A program made the translations under genes and the position numbers. A stretch of 64,000 nucleotides of DNA from assembly GCA_965112155.1 (NCBI GenBank), contig OZ218110.1. The stretch is one strand, 5' to 3'. The number at the start of each line of letters is the position of its first letter. The first letter of the stretch is position 1. The notes below the pieces were generated by a model. It did not search any database. It saw nothing but the letters and a program-made list of their open reading frames with translations, and was not told the DNA's origin. The DNA is from Podarcis liolepis. Lineage: Eukaryota. Below are positions 13,199 through 26,684 of the stretch, one piece after another.

Positions 13199-13445
13199 CA
13201 TGGGTAGGCAAACTAAGGCCTGAGGGCCAGATCTGGCCTTCTAAATCCAGCCTGCTGACAGTCTGGGAATTAGAATGTTTTTACATGATTAGAATATGTC
13301 CTTTTATTTAAAATGCATCTCTGGGTTATTTGTGGGGCATAGGAATTCATTCATTATTATTTTTTTCCAAAATTTAGTCCAGCCCCCCACAAGGTCTAAG
13401 GGACAGTGGACTGGCCCCCTGCTGAGAAAGCTTGCTGACCCCTGA
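13199..13445. mobile_element. hAT non-autonomous element
   Basis: CATGGGTAGGCAAACT ... AGCTTGCTGACCCCTG; 8-bp TSD atataaac. Confidence 0.7.
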
Positions 13446-16400
13446 TATAAACACACCACACAGCTTTCTAGTATTCCCAAGTGCAGCAACACAAGCTGGC
13501 AGCGGACAAGAGCTGTGAACAGAATGCACTACTGTGCAAACACAGTATTTAATATTGCGTGCTGGGCACAGTCTCCTGAGAAACTTCTGTCCCGTAATGA
13601 TGATGCAAAGATGGGTTTCAGCACCTAGCGAAGTCTCCAAAGCTGGCAGAGTTGGATCTCTGTGCTTGGGCAGCCTGCTTAGTAGCTCCTTTGCCTTTCT
13701 CCTTATCTGAAGCTGCACAAATTAGGCAAAATAAGCAAAACACATGCAAATCTGCATCATTTATGCAAGTTTCCAAACTCCGCTTTTCTTGACAGAAAAT
13801 CTGAATTGCCTCAGAGAACGTTTTAAAAATAAACGTATGGCACACAAGTCCCAGCAATGGGGTACTCTCTAGATGCACGCCACACACAACTGTATCAGAA
13901 AGCACACTAACTTTATCTGTTGCGGGTTTGTGTGGTGGTGACAGAATCATCACGCTATGAGACAGAATATATAACACTCAGGTGCACGCACGGTAGTCAA
14001 AGCGTAATTTACGAGAGAAGGAGCACTCACCCTGTAGGCTGAAACATCTACAGAAAACACACCCCAAAGCCAAAGCCTACACACTCAGTATCACTGCCTT
14101 GTGACATAAGAGCATCACAAATCTGCAAAGGAGAGTGTGAGCTTTTTAAGGTCAGATGCAGAGTTCCAGAGGCAGGTTTGGGTGTGAGGTGGAAATTAAG
14201 TCTACGAGAAACACGTCAAAAACTTAAGTTACGAATGAGGGGGACTCAACAGACCCAAAGTACAAAGCTCCACTAGGAAACAAAGCAATGGATGTTATAG
14301 GCTTGATTCCTCGGCAAAAAAGTTTGCCCACCACACCAACTCAGCCTCTTGCTGCCTCCAAACAGGCCGCTAAACAGCCACTGGTCTAGGTTGCTTGTGA
14401 TTCCTAAGGAAGGCCAGAAAGCCTCTGTCAACTGGAAAAAGAGCACTTTCCACTTAAGACTACTGATGAGCCTGACATCAAAGATTGTGCATGCAGGCTG
14501 GCAGATAATACAAACTTACTGGGCGAGCAACTTTTACAGATTTATTTTCAAGACTGCCTCAAAGTCATTCGCAGACACAGCCACAGAACCAACTCACCTC
14601 AGGCCCAAAGGCAAAGAGAGAAATCCCGGGCCTCAAGACTACCTAGAAAACATGCCCTCCAACCTGGAAACTCTGATTGCCAGCCTCATACAGGTAAAGT
14701 CCTACTGCACTGGGAGCAAAGGGAACAGAGACTTGACTGAAATGTATTCTGTGTACACACAGGTGCACCTTGCAGCAGGGACAGAAGCTGCTGTCCCATG
14801 CCCAGTACCAAATACATACCTGTGCTTTCAAAAGGAAATGAAGGTGATCCCAATCAGCTTCTAAAAGGTCACCCCCACCAAGACAGCAGTAAGTAAGAAA
14901 GGCCAAGAATTCTCCATGTTTTGACATACTGATGATGAGCCCCCCCCCCACCTTAAGCCACAAACACAACTGTTCCAATGTTCCACAAATGTAACTGAAC
15001 TGCACAATAAATATAGTTCATCCCTCAGCAGCCCTCGTCCCAGGGGCAGGAGGAGAAAAAAGGAGGAAGAGGGTTCTTCAGGGAGACAAGCTGAGGAGAA
15101 GCCAAAAGCTTGTACGCACCAGAGGATGGCTCCTTTGGGGTAGATAATGCAACAATAAATGTGAGAGGTAATAAATGTAGCCTGCTGATATGCTTCCTGT
15201 ATGTCTGCATGCACATTGTACACAATCTGTGCCCAGGTGGTCTCACTCTGCTCCTTGCCCCATTTGAGATTAATGTATATATACATATGTACATGTCTAA
15301 AGCCATGACCCCTGCAAATAAACACTGGAGCAGTGCCCCACTAAGAATCTTTGAGGTGGCTTGCCTGGAATCTGATACCTCATTTCTCCACCTTCACTTG
15401 ACCCCAGTTCCCCTTCCCAGAAAACTCTAGAGCACTGCCTCTGAAAATCCCCTATTCTTAAAGCACTGGACCATATACTTCAAGGGAAGCCAGGGATTCT
15501 GGGCCCCACCACCTTGCCTCTCCCATGGTCCTTCACTTGCTGCAAGGGAAATCCATAATGCACACTGGACACAAGTATACACATTTAAGTGTGCATGTGC
15601 TGGCACACACTGCTACACTAGCGCTCTGCCCATGTGTGGCAGCACACGCAGTAAGTGCATTTATACGAGATGGATGGCGGCCTCAGGGAATGTTTATATG
15701 GGTTAAGCACTTCTTGTGGCCAGTGTCACATTTAAATGAAATCTCAGATTGCCACTTTCTTATCAAAGGCTAACAAGCACGAGGGCTGCCTCAAACAGTT
15801 TGCACAAGATGTGTGGAAGTAACACGGCACAACACGCCATCCTTCTGCACTCCTTACCTGTAAAAGCGCTACTGGGAAAGGGGATGAAGAAGAAGCAAAC
15901 TGGCCTCTGGTGCAAAAAAGAGAGAGATGGAACTCCTGAATGTTGTGGGAAATGAACAAGAAATTGGGACATAGAAAGCTGCCTTATTCCAAGACAGCCT
16001 ATTAGGTCCCCCCATCTCAGTGTTGTGTACATGGACCAGCAGTGGCTCTCTGGCCTTTCAGATGTGGGGTCTCTCCCAGAAAGTCCTACCTGGAGATGCT
16101 GGGGATTGAATCTGGGACCATCCACATGCAAAGCAGGTGAGCTATGACCCTTCCCGCTTACTGGAAGGGAGTAAAGACCATTCCACTCTTGCTAGGTTCT
16201 TTAGAGGAGAGGCAGGATTAGGGATACAGGACTCCTTACAGAAAGAGAGCAGGTATTATTGGAATCAGCATTCTTGGGTTCTCCTAGTGGGCAGCAAGGC
16301 CTAATACAGTCTTCAGCAACCTGGTGCCCTCCAGGTGTTTTGGACTACAACTCCCATCAGCCCCAGCCAGTCCGAGTTGTATTGTCCAAAACATCTGGAG

Positions 16401-17874
16401 GGAGCCTGCCCTAATTTGTCAGAGCAGAGGTATGAAAGGGTATAAGGATCCAAATAACTGGGTTCTTCAAAAGGGAGGGGGCAGGGCTATTGTATTTCTC
16501 TCTGAGAGAGCAAGTGGGATGTGTCTTGTATCAATGGGGATTGGGATTTGTGTAGCCAATCTTCTCCCACTTTTCTTAGTAAATGGGGTAGGTCAGATCT
16601 GTACTTGGTGGAACTCCCCCACAAGTTATTTTCATTCCTAAGAAGCATTCCCAGGAACAAATAGCCAGAGATCTAAAGTTCGAAGATTCAAAGGCCTCCA
16701 CCCTCCTCCACTAGGTCTCAGAGATTCAGGTGGCCAACTCCCCCCTATTGTGGCTCTCTTCTACAGCTGAACGATGCCATCACAGGCATAAACCACACAG
16801 AGGATATGTGTCCCAGTTAAGAAGCACAGCATAAAGAGGGTCACAGGATCTTTGCCCCCCCCCCCCCCGTCTGAGCCTTATTTCACAGGGAAGTCCCTGG
16901 AAACATAGGGGGTTCCCAATGTCCTGCACTTCCTTCCTTCATTTAGAGCGTACCTCCCCAAGCCTTTTACAAACACCTCTATATCTTCGTCTCCATCCCC
17001 CAACCAAAGGGCTTATCCTATATTCTACAACTTCCAACACCAGATATCCACACACACTTTCAAAGGAACCTCACTCTGAACCACACTGCACAAGGGGGTA
17101 CATACATGTCACCATGTGAATAAAAGAGGGGGAGATTCTCCCACTTTGTGAGAGGCCCTGGCTCAGGATTTATCTTCTGGTGCCAAGAATGCTGAAATGT
17201 GGAGAGAGGTCCCCAAATGCAAAGCCTCCTAAAAGGCAGGAGGGAGATCAGTTCTGCACAGTCCTCCTAGCAAAGGAGAAAAATTCTCCAAGGAGGGCTG
17301 ATTTTCCCAGGGCCACGTTCCCTGCCCCCCCCCCAAACACGGATGTAGGTGGGAGTTGCAAAAGCTTCTTGCATCGCATGAAGGAAATCCAGGGGATGCA
17401 ACGCCAGCATCATGGAAGGGGATAAGGAGTGTCCCCCACCGGACACCTCTCAGCGTGTGTATGCCTAGGGGCAAGGAAGCAGAGGACCGCCCCCCAAAAA
17501 AATTCCCCACCACACAGCGCCTTTTCTCTCCCCCTGCTCCTCTCTCACCTGCATGGAACTGAGCACAGTTTCTCCCTGCAGAGGTTGCCGGGTTGCCTTG
17601 CACGGGGGGTGGGGGAAGCCCGAGGATCCTCACCTTCCCTTGCACCCCCCCTTACCCTTTGCACACCCGTTCGCGTGTAACCCCCCCCCCCACTTCCAAC
17701 CGCCGCCGCGGGGAGCCGTGCGCCTCAGTGGCTCCCCCATTCCTCTGCATGGCCTAGAGGCCTCTTCTCTCCCTCCCTCCCTCCCCCCACTTTGCACAAG
17801 GCAACCCTCCCGGCGCGAGGAAGGTCCCCCCAAATGCCTTCGGGGGGGGGCAAAAAGCGCACATCCTCCGGTTA

Positions 17875-18486
<612 letters not shown>

Positions 18487-18514
18487 TCAAGCCTCGGGCT
18501 GGCGCTAGCGCTGA

Positions 18515-18567
18515 GGCGGCGGCGGCGGGAGGAGGCGGCGGCGGTGGTGGTGGCGGCGGCGGCGGCG
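18515..18567. repeat. Interrupted (GGC/GGT/GGA)n trinucleotide repeat in PRR12 leader
   Basis: ggcggcggcggcgggaggaggcggcggcggtggtggtggcggcggcggcggcg. Confidence 0.85.
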
Positions 18568-21500
18568 AGCCTCTGGGAGGCGGCTCATGGTGCAGCCATG
18601 TTCGCTGGGCGTCTGTCTGCGCTCCGCTCCGCTTCCTCCCACAATCCCGTGCTGAGGAGGAGGAGGAGGCGGGCGGGCGGGCGGCTGTGAGGGGATGGTG
18701 GGCAGGCGGGGAGGAAGGGGCAGGGGCGCCGGAGATGGAGGGAGGGAGGGAGAGTCTGCACGCAGGAAATGGAGCAGGAAGAAGGAGAAGCGGGGAGGGG
18801 GGGCGCAAGGCTGGACGGAGAGGGCGCCCGCAGGGGCCGAAGGACAAAGGCAACGGCGGCGGCCGGAGCGGGCAATGGCCGAGCCGGCCGGGGTGAGGGG
18901 AGGGGAGATGGACGGATGGAGGGGAGATGTGGGGAGAGCTGAGGCGGGTCGCGGTGGGGGGGGGGGAAGGAGCCAGAACAAGCGGGAAATGATGGAGAGG
19001 GGGGCAGGTCAAGTAGGGCTGGCGGGGTGGGGGGGGCAGAAAGGGCAGCAAAAGCTGGGAACTTTTTCTCCCTTTTTTGCCGAGGTCTTCTCCGCTTTAC
19101 TTTCCACGTGTGAACTTAAAATGCCGACAAGGTGGGCCAGGAAGTTGGACCGCTTTTTGCTGGGAGTTCGTGGAGCGCGCGGGGTAGCTCTCCACGCCGT
19201 TTCCTCTCGCGGCTTTGTGTTTTGTTTTGTTTTTAACTCCCCACCCCCGGTAATGTTTGAAGGGCATTCGCATATCTTAAAAAGACGCGGTGAACTCGGC
19301 CTTCGCAGCACTGATTGGCTAAGGCTTCTCTCTTCCTCCCCCCCACCCCACCGGGCGTGTGTTTTCCGACACGTGGGGATGCCCTTCAAAACGTTACGGC
19401 GGAGACGAGAGTCAAGCCTTGGCTGGTGGGGAAGTAGGAGATCTGTGCGGATCTGTGCAAGGGCACTCAGGGTTGCTTCACACAAAGGTGTAGGGAAAGG
19501 TACAACAGTAGTTCGTGCTGGATGTTTGGCCCTAGCTGTGTGCACAGGTGTATAGAAGGCAGGTGTATATGACTTCAGAGACACTATTTTCTGGCGCCCA
19601 GTAAGTGGCTTCAATCTCACGTCCTGTGTACACACTATGAAAACAAGGAGTACACTGCAAGGACTCTGTGAAGCTAAACTATGTGCCAACCTAAAGTACT
19701 CTGTGCTCTGTCCACATACACAGATCAAAATAGACACTCACACAATTTTCATAAATGACAGTGTATGCCAAGGTGGCTAACCTGTGACACTCCAGATTTT
19801 ATTTTATTTTATTGGACTACAGCTTCCATCATCCCTAACTGTTGGCCATGCTGGCTGGGGCTGATGGGAGTTGTAGTTCAGTAATAGCCCCCTCTGCGTT
19901 ATACCAATGATGTGTGAAAATTATTGGCTTCTTGATGCACTCTTGATTATCACTCATATTAACGTGCAAAAGCAAATGTAGAATCTGACAATGAAGCCTT
20001 ACAAGAGAGCAAGTTACATAAATGCATGGCCAGTCGCTTCTCTCTGAAGGTGAATTGGTTTTAAGACGCAATGGCTAATAGACCATAGGCAATCGGCAGC
20101 TTCGGCTGGAGGGAGGTTAAAAGACTTTAGCCCAAGATAAAAACGGGTCTCAGGCCTGAGCAGACCATTTTCAGCTCAGACTTGAAGTTAAATGGCCTGT
20201 AGCTTGCTTGGTCTCAGACACAGCAAGCTACAGGTCGTTTAAATTCAGGCCTGAAAGCACCCAACTCATCATCTTAAAATGGAAATGGGGAAGGTAAGAC
20301 CCAAGCCCTGTTTACTGACTGCAGTAGAGCAGCATTCTGATTTTGCCCAGAAAAAAAGCGTATTCAAAAGAATCTGAGTCTAGTTTTCAGAATGTTACAA
20401 CCCCTACACTCCCTGCAGGTATTATGGCTACAAAGGAGTGGTTTAAATCTGTGCCTCCATTCGCTAATTGTCAGGGACTCCAGAGGTTGAAACCTCATGG
20501 CCTGAAGCTGAGATACACCCTAGCGAGGCACCTGGGTCTGTGTGTGCTCAGCCCACTATAGGTGCAGACAGAAACAGTGGTGTGCAATGTCAGCTGCTGC
20601 GATTGGAAGGCTGTACAAAGTCTCTGGATTGGCCTGTCCCTCTGCTGTCTAGCTGTCAGCAATGTAATATGTTCCCTGTGCCTCACTCTAGCTGCTGACA
20701 TCAAAGAGTTTACTCAACTGGAGAACACACTCTCCAGGTTGAGATTCAGATACAGCTCTCCCACCCCAACTCCCTGGCTTGGCCCCTGCATGAATGCTTG
20801 CCTAATTGCCTTCCCATTATTAGCTTTCTGGTGCCTGCCATTATGTTAATTTTCCAACTGCTTTGATTGAGTAAACCACCTTGGGTGCTTAAGCAAAAAG
20901 TCTGAATAGAGGGGGGGGGGGTGCCCAGAATTTCATCTCTTTTCTCAAAGCTGCAGTTGTGCATCCCTGTGTGTAATGTAGTGGGGAGAGAAGTAAAGTT
21001 TGTAAATGCTGTTCCTAGTTTTTATTTATTTGGAAGTCGTAATCAAGGTCCATTCAGTGCAGAACAAGCCAGTGAGAGTCCTGCCCCTTAACACACAAAC
21101 ACCCCAAGAACTTGAACATGGCAGGTGTGTGTGTGTCTTCTGGTTGTAAGAATTCACTGCCACAAGATGTAATAATGACCACCACCATGGATGTTGTATT
21201 TCTTTCACCAGTCTTTACTGGAGAGACAGCAGAAAGCTGAAAGGGAAGGGCGAAATCTCAGCATCCTCAGTTAAATGGTCAAGTAGCAGAAGACAGAGAA
21301 CAGCTGCTGCGAGCCAGAGTTGACAATAGTAGGCTAGATGGAGCAACAGCCGAAGGCAGCGTCTGCCTAAATTTGGTACAAACTAGCCAAGAGATCGTAG
21401 CATAGTTGTGGCTCTTCTGTACTATTTGGAAACTTGGAACAAATACATCCTCAAGAGATTAAAACCTTGATATTTGGAATGTGTCACTCAATATACTAGA

Positions 21501-23655
21501 CTACTAGTAAAGACTAAACACAATATACTGCTTATCTCTATCCCTGTTTCACAGCTGTGGTTGGTGCTTCACTTGGGAGCAAGCCAAAGCACAGATATGA
21601 TGGAGTACTATGCTGTGTTTTCCCCTATTATACACCCTTTCCCAAATCCTCACATTGGCAAAGAGTGCTGCAGTACCCCTAAGACCACCTGAAAACTGCT
21701 GATGGTCTTGGTGAGCTGCTTAACGTTTTTTCCGCCTGTCGTAGCAATGATAATGCACTGTGCTAGATGCTGTATGATTTCGAATTGTATTTTTATTGCT
21801 TCTTTTATGTTGCATTTTATTGCATTGCAGTTTGCATTTCATAGAACAGTATAATAAATAAAAGACACACTAAGAACACAATTTTAAAGATCAGTATGTT
21901 TAATGCAGACCCAGGGCCGGGCCCAAGAGATTTTGGCATCGGAGGTGAACCAAAAAATTCCTCCCTCCCTCACCAGGGAAGAACGGGTGAGCGAAGGTCT
22001 ATAACACAAAGGGGGGAGGAATGAAGATCCTCATTAGGATCTGCTGGCTCTGTGGATCCTTCTGCCTGAGTGCAGTTGCCTCATGGGTGGAGTGGACTTC
22101 TGCAGACCACCCAAATGAAGCTTACAGACCATTGGTGATCCAAAGAGTACCATTTGGGAACTCCTGTGATAGAGCAATGTCTCAGCTGGCAAATCCTGGG
22201 CAACCTGGTACCCTAAGGCTAGTTTCTTCCCGAGAGTAAGTGAAACCTGCCTGTGCCAAGCCCAGACCCAAGAGCTATTCAGACAAGAAGGACAATGACA
22301 GAATAGTTCAAATTTTATTTTCTACAAATGCCACAATAAAAGATTCACAGATGGCTCAAGTTATTTTGGTACATTCTTGTCCACACAGCAGCGCTATCTT
22401 CTCTCACAGAAGTATAAAGGTGTGTTATACTGTGCTCAGGGTCAAGCAAGCAACACTTCAGGACACGTGAGTGGAAAAGGATGGATGGATATGAGTTTAG
22501 CATATGTGCATGCAAACACCTTGTGCCCATTTTACTGGATGATAATCTTCCCTTCCTGGACATCCACACAAATTTGTCTGACTACAGCTGTAGGCAACGC
22601 ATGTAAACATAATTTGCTCCTCTTTACATCACCATAGAGGTGTATTTGCTTTCTACAGCTGATCTGTATATTCTCACCAACCTATGTCTCCCCTTCCCTT
22701 TTAAACACCTTTGCATCTGCCTCTAACCCGCCTGCCCACTGCATTTCTTCCTCATTCCTTAATTTTTTTTCACACTTCTCTAAATATATGTGGGGGTGGG
22801 AGTGTTCAGCTTGCATTGCAAAAAAGCCCTCCTGCTTGAAGCCCTGGAAAGCAACGGCCAATCACAGCAGAAAACACTAGGTTAGAAAATACTGACCCGA
22901 TACATGGCTGCTTCCTGTGGTGCCCTATGTCATTGTTAGATATGGACGGGGTGTTCTCTAGATCAGGCATTGCTCCATTGAGGATGCAGGGGCAGAAGGC
23001 CGAGCTACCACTACTTATACTGATGGAGAGACTTGATACCACAAACCAACCACAAGGGCAAATGTTATACACTCCTCTTCCCTTCTGCATCTTAATAGTG
23101 CTCTTGAACACACCCTAAAGGCCCTAAGAGTTATTGTTCAAGCATACTCTGAGAATTATTTTATCGGGCATGAAAACAAGCAGGTATCTCATCTACCCTC
23201 TGTCAAACTCTAGCTAGCGCATGCAAGCCATGACAGAAGAAAGACACAGCTATAACAAGGCTTGTTCACATGACACAGGTGGTGGGCAGGAGAGAGGGAT
23301 TTGTGTCAGAAACCTGCACAAGTGCTGGATTCGGAGCTGTAAATTTGGTGATTCATTTTTATGCCAGAGTAGCGAAGAACAGCCGTATTATTCACATTTC
23401 AGATTCTAAATTCCTCAAACAATATAATGCAGCTTTCTGTCTTCACACACACACACACACACACACTTTTTCTCTCTGTACATAGTACACACATATATGC
23501 AATATACATAATTCAGTGGTCCACACCATATTTGTGTATGTGTCCCCCCCACTCAGGTACGCTGCAGGTGAATTCACAGTGTTTTTTTCTGCACATAAAT
23601 TGGCGGGGAGGGGGGTACACTTTCTTCCAAGAGTGGTGATCTTGCTGTTGACAAC

Positions 23656-23686
23656 TCAGGTTGGTGGGGCAGTGTTGGTGCTATTC
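23656..23686 (-). CDS. PRRG2: PRRG2 probable terminal coding exon (RNSTNTAPPT*)
   Basis: Strong acceptor TTTTTCCTTTTCTCCACTCCCCACCCCAG|G, phase-2 compatible, short tail then TGA; total CDS 627 nt. Confidence 0.6.
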
Positions 23687-23745
23687 CTGGGGTGGGGAGT
23701 GGAGAAAAGGAAAAATAGAGATTCTTAACAGTGAGCAAGAAGCCA

Positions 23746-23979
23746 TACAGTGGTATCTTGGGTTAAGTACCTACTTAATTCGTTCTGGAGGTCCGTTCTT
23801 AACCTGAAACTGTTCTTAACCTGAAGCACCACTTTAGCTAATGGGACCTCCTGCTGCCACTGCGCCACCAGAGCCCGATTTCTGTTCTTACCCTGAAGCT
23901 AAGTTCTTAACATGAAGCACTATTTCTAGGTTAGCGGAGTGTGTAACCTGAAGCATATGTAACCTGAGGTACCACTGTA
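23746..23979. mobile_element. Tc1/mariner-pogo MITE family A
   Basis: Same TIRs and TA TSD. Confidence 0.85.
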
Positions 23980-24504
23980 CAATGACAGTAGTAGGTGATG
24001 CTAATTTGCTTAAAACATTCATGCAAGGTTGTATCATATATTCAGGACAACCCCCCCCCTTCTTTATTAATAACAAGGAAAACTGACCTCTCTCTCTTGG
24101 CCTAGTACACAAGAAATGGTGAGCCAGGCAAAAACTTCAGAGCAGAGACTGGCGAGTGTGTCAATTCCTGTTTTCTAATCCAGTTCCTTTCTCCAGATTT
24201 CCACATAACTTTGTGATTTTGTTTTTTAAAAAAACCACAAGTCATGAAAATAAAGCGGCATTTTCGTGTGAATTTCTCCAAAAACACATCTTCGGGTGCA
24301 GTTTTTTTTAACATATTTTTGCAAAGCAGTCTTCCTTTATAGGATGCTTTTTTTTTTGGCAAGCTATTTTCATGAACGTATGCATTTTAATGCGAAGTTA
24401 CCCCAGTATATGCATTTTTGGACCCATTCCTTGGCTGGAGAACTGCATTGCAAAATTTGGGGGTGTGCAAATTTTGAAGCCTAGCTGTGTTTTGATTCAT
24501 ATAT

Positions 24505-25031
24505 TACAGTCATACCTTGGGTTACAGACGCTTCAGGTTGTGTTTTCTCGGGTTTCGGCAGTCACCCATGCGCAGAAGCACTAAACCACGCTTTGCGCAT
24601 GCACCGAATCGCAACCCGTGCACACGCAGATGCGGCGCTGCGGGTTGCGGACGTTGCAGGTTGCGGACGTGCATCCCACATGGATCACGTTCGCAACCCG
24701 AGAGTCCAATGTACAGTGGTGCCTCGCAAGACGAAAAGAATCCGTTCTGTGATTCTCTTCGTCTAGCGGCTTTTTCGTCTTGCGAAGCAAGCCCATTGAC
24801 GGATTAGCGGATTAGCGCTATTAGCGGCTTTTAGCGGCTTATCGGATCAGCTGATAAGCGGCTTAGAAAAAGGGGGAGGGGGGGGAAACCGCAGGAACTC
24901 GCAAGACATTTTCGTCTTGTGAAGCAAGCCCATAGGAGATTCGTTTTGCGAAGCACCTCCAAAACGGAAAACTCTTTCGTCTAGCGAGTTTTCCGTCTTG
25001 CGAGGCATTCGTCTTGCGGGGCACCACTGTA
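24505..25031. mobile_element. Two abutting TA-flanked MITEs (24505-24713 and 24712-25031)
   Basis: Second has TIRs CAGTGGTGCCTCGCAAGACG / CGTCTTGCGGGGCACCACTG; shared TA at the junction. Confidence 0.75.
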
Positions 25032-25217
25032 TTTCAGAAAGTGTGAGCTGGGCAAATTCACGTATAAATACAAACTGAATTCCCAGCTGCCTGTGAGGCT
25101 ACTTAGGAGGAGAGGGGAATGTATGGAAAGCACTGCTTGGATCAGGGCCGGGCTGAGCAGGGACAGGAGGAAATGGATTGCTGCCTTCTGCGCTGCACTT
25201 TTACTGGTTCATAAACA

Positions 25218-25434
25218 TACAGTGGTACCTCGCGTTAAGAACTTAATTCGTTCCGGAGAGCCGTTCTTAACCTGAAACGGTTCTTAACCTGAGGCACCAC
25301 TTTAGCTAATGGGGCCTCCTGCTGGTGCGCGATTTCCATTCTTATCCTGGGGCAAAGTTCTTAACCTGGAGCAACCACTGCCTGGTTAGCGGAATTTGTA
25401 ACCCGAAGCGTCTGTAACCTGAGGTACCACTGTA
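25218..25434. mobile_element. Tc1/mariner-pogo MITE family A
   Basis: Same TIRs and TA TSD. Confidence 0.85.
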
Positions 25435-26236
25435 CACACAGCCGTTAAGTTGTTCACAGTAACAAAAATACTCTAAAATAAAGATAAATTAGAAACAGCA
25501 GGATAGTCCCTGGGTTTTAGCTAAGCCCAGCCAGAGCCAACAGAGAAAGTTACATTTCGTGAAGCCGCTCCATGCTGCAGTAACTGCCTAGCATAGTAGC
25601 ATTCTGTCAGTTGCCGTCATGTCACATTAGTTTCCCACCCTTCCTGTAAGGAGCTCAGGGCAGTGCGCATGGAGCTAGCCCATTTTTATCTTCACAGGGT
25701 AGTTTAATGCTGCTGCAAAGCTGCAGCCGAGATGTGGAATCTTCTGCCCTTCCTCTATGTGGTCTGGACAGATGGGTTTGTTTCCCACTGACCCAGCCCA
25801 TTCGTGATGAGCGTTAAGACCCAAATCCAGCCACTTCCGCCAAACAAGCTAGAAGAGGGCCATAGCTCGGTGGGAGAGCACCTGCTTGGAATGTAGAAGG
25901 TCCCACGTTCAATCACTAGGGAGGGCTGGGAGAGAATCCCTGTCTGAAAATCCTGGAGAGCCACTACCAGTCAATGTAGACCAGCATCTCTCAACCTTGG
26001 GTCCCCCAGAGGTTGTTGGACTACAACTCCCATCATCCCTGACCCGTGTCCTGCTAGCTAGGGATGATGGGAGCTGTAGTTCAACAACCTCTGGTTGGAC
26101 CTAAGGTTGAGAAAAGCTGGTGTAAACAATGCTGAGCTAGACGGACCATTTCAGCTTTCTGTCTTGCACACTTGACACAAACTCTGGATACAGCTTGGGC
26201 AAGAGGCTTGGAGTAAGATCTCAAAAACTCTTGTAC

Positions 26237-26380
26237 CTGTGGTAAGGTGGAGGAGGTGCATCGTGCACACCTGAAGTTTCCAGCACTTGATCATAGGATG
26301 GAAGTCCCGGTGCTGACTCTGGCTTTGGCTCCTCGCCAAAGGTGGCAAGGGGCACCGCAGGATACAGGTCGCTTTGAGCC
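26237..26380 (-). CDS. PRRG2: PRRG2 coding exon 5 (LPxY and PPxY WW-binding motifs)
   Basis: CATCAG|G GCT; AQSDLYPAVPLATFGEEPKPESAPGLPSYDQVLETSGVHDAPPPPYH; donor AG|GTACA. SGVHDAPPPPY is diagnostic of PRRG2. Confidence 0.92.
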
Positions 26381-26684
26381 CTGATGAGGGAAGGAGATGA
26401 GTCAGAATGGTGAGAGCATGTCACAAAGCACTCCTATGGACTCTGGTTGCTTGCTGACAAGCTCAGTTATATCATCATAAGTAACACACTGACTTCAGAA
26501 GGGCTTCTCATGTACTGCTTAGGAAAGAAATACTTTCTTAAGCCCAAGAATTACAGAAATAATGATCTAGGATGGAGATGGACTGCCAGCCTTCCAGGTG
26601 ATACGTGATTCCAACATCCATCAACCAATGGTTATTGGTAAGCAATCCTTAAAATGCCTCAACTACCAGCAGCTGCAGTATTTA

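Noticed and set aside
21021-22320. Candidate PRRG2 poly(A) signals (minus-strand AATAAA near 21021, 21792 and 22314)
   Set aside because: Several equally plausible sites; cannot choose without transcript data
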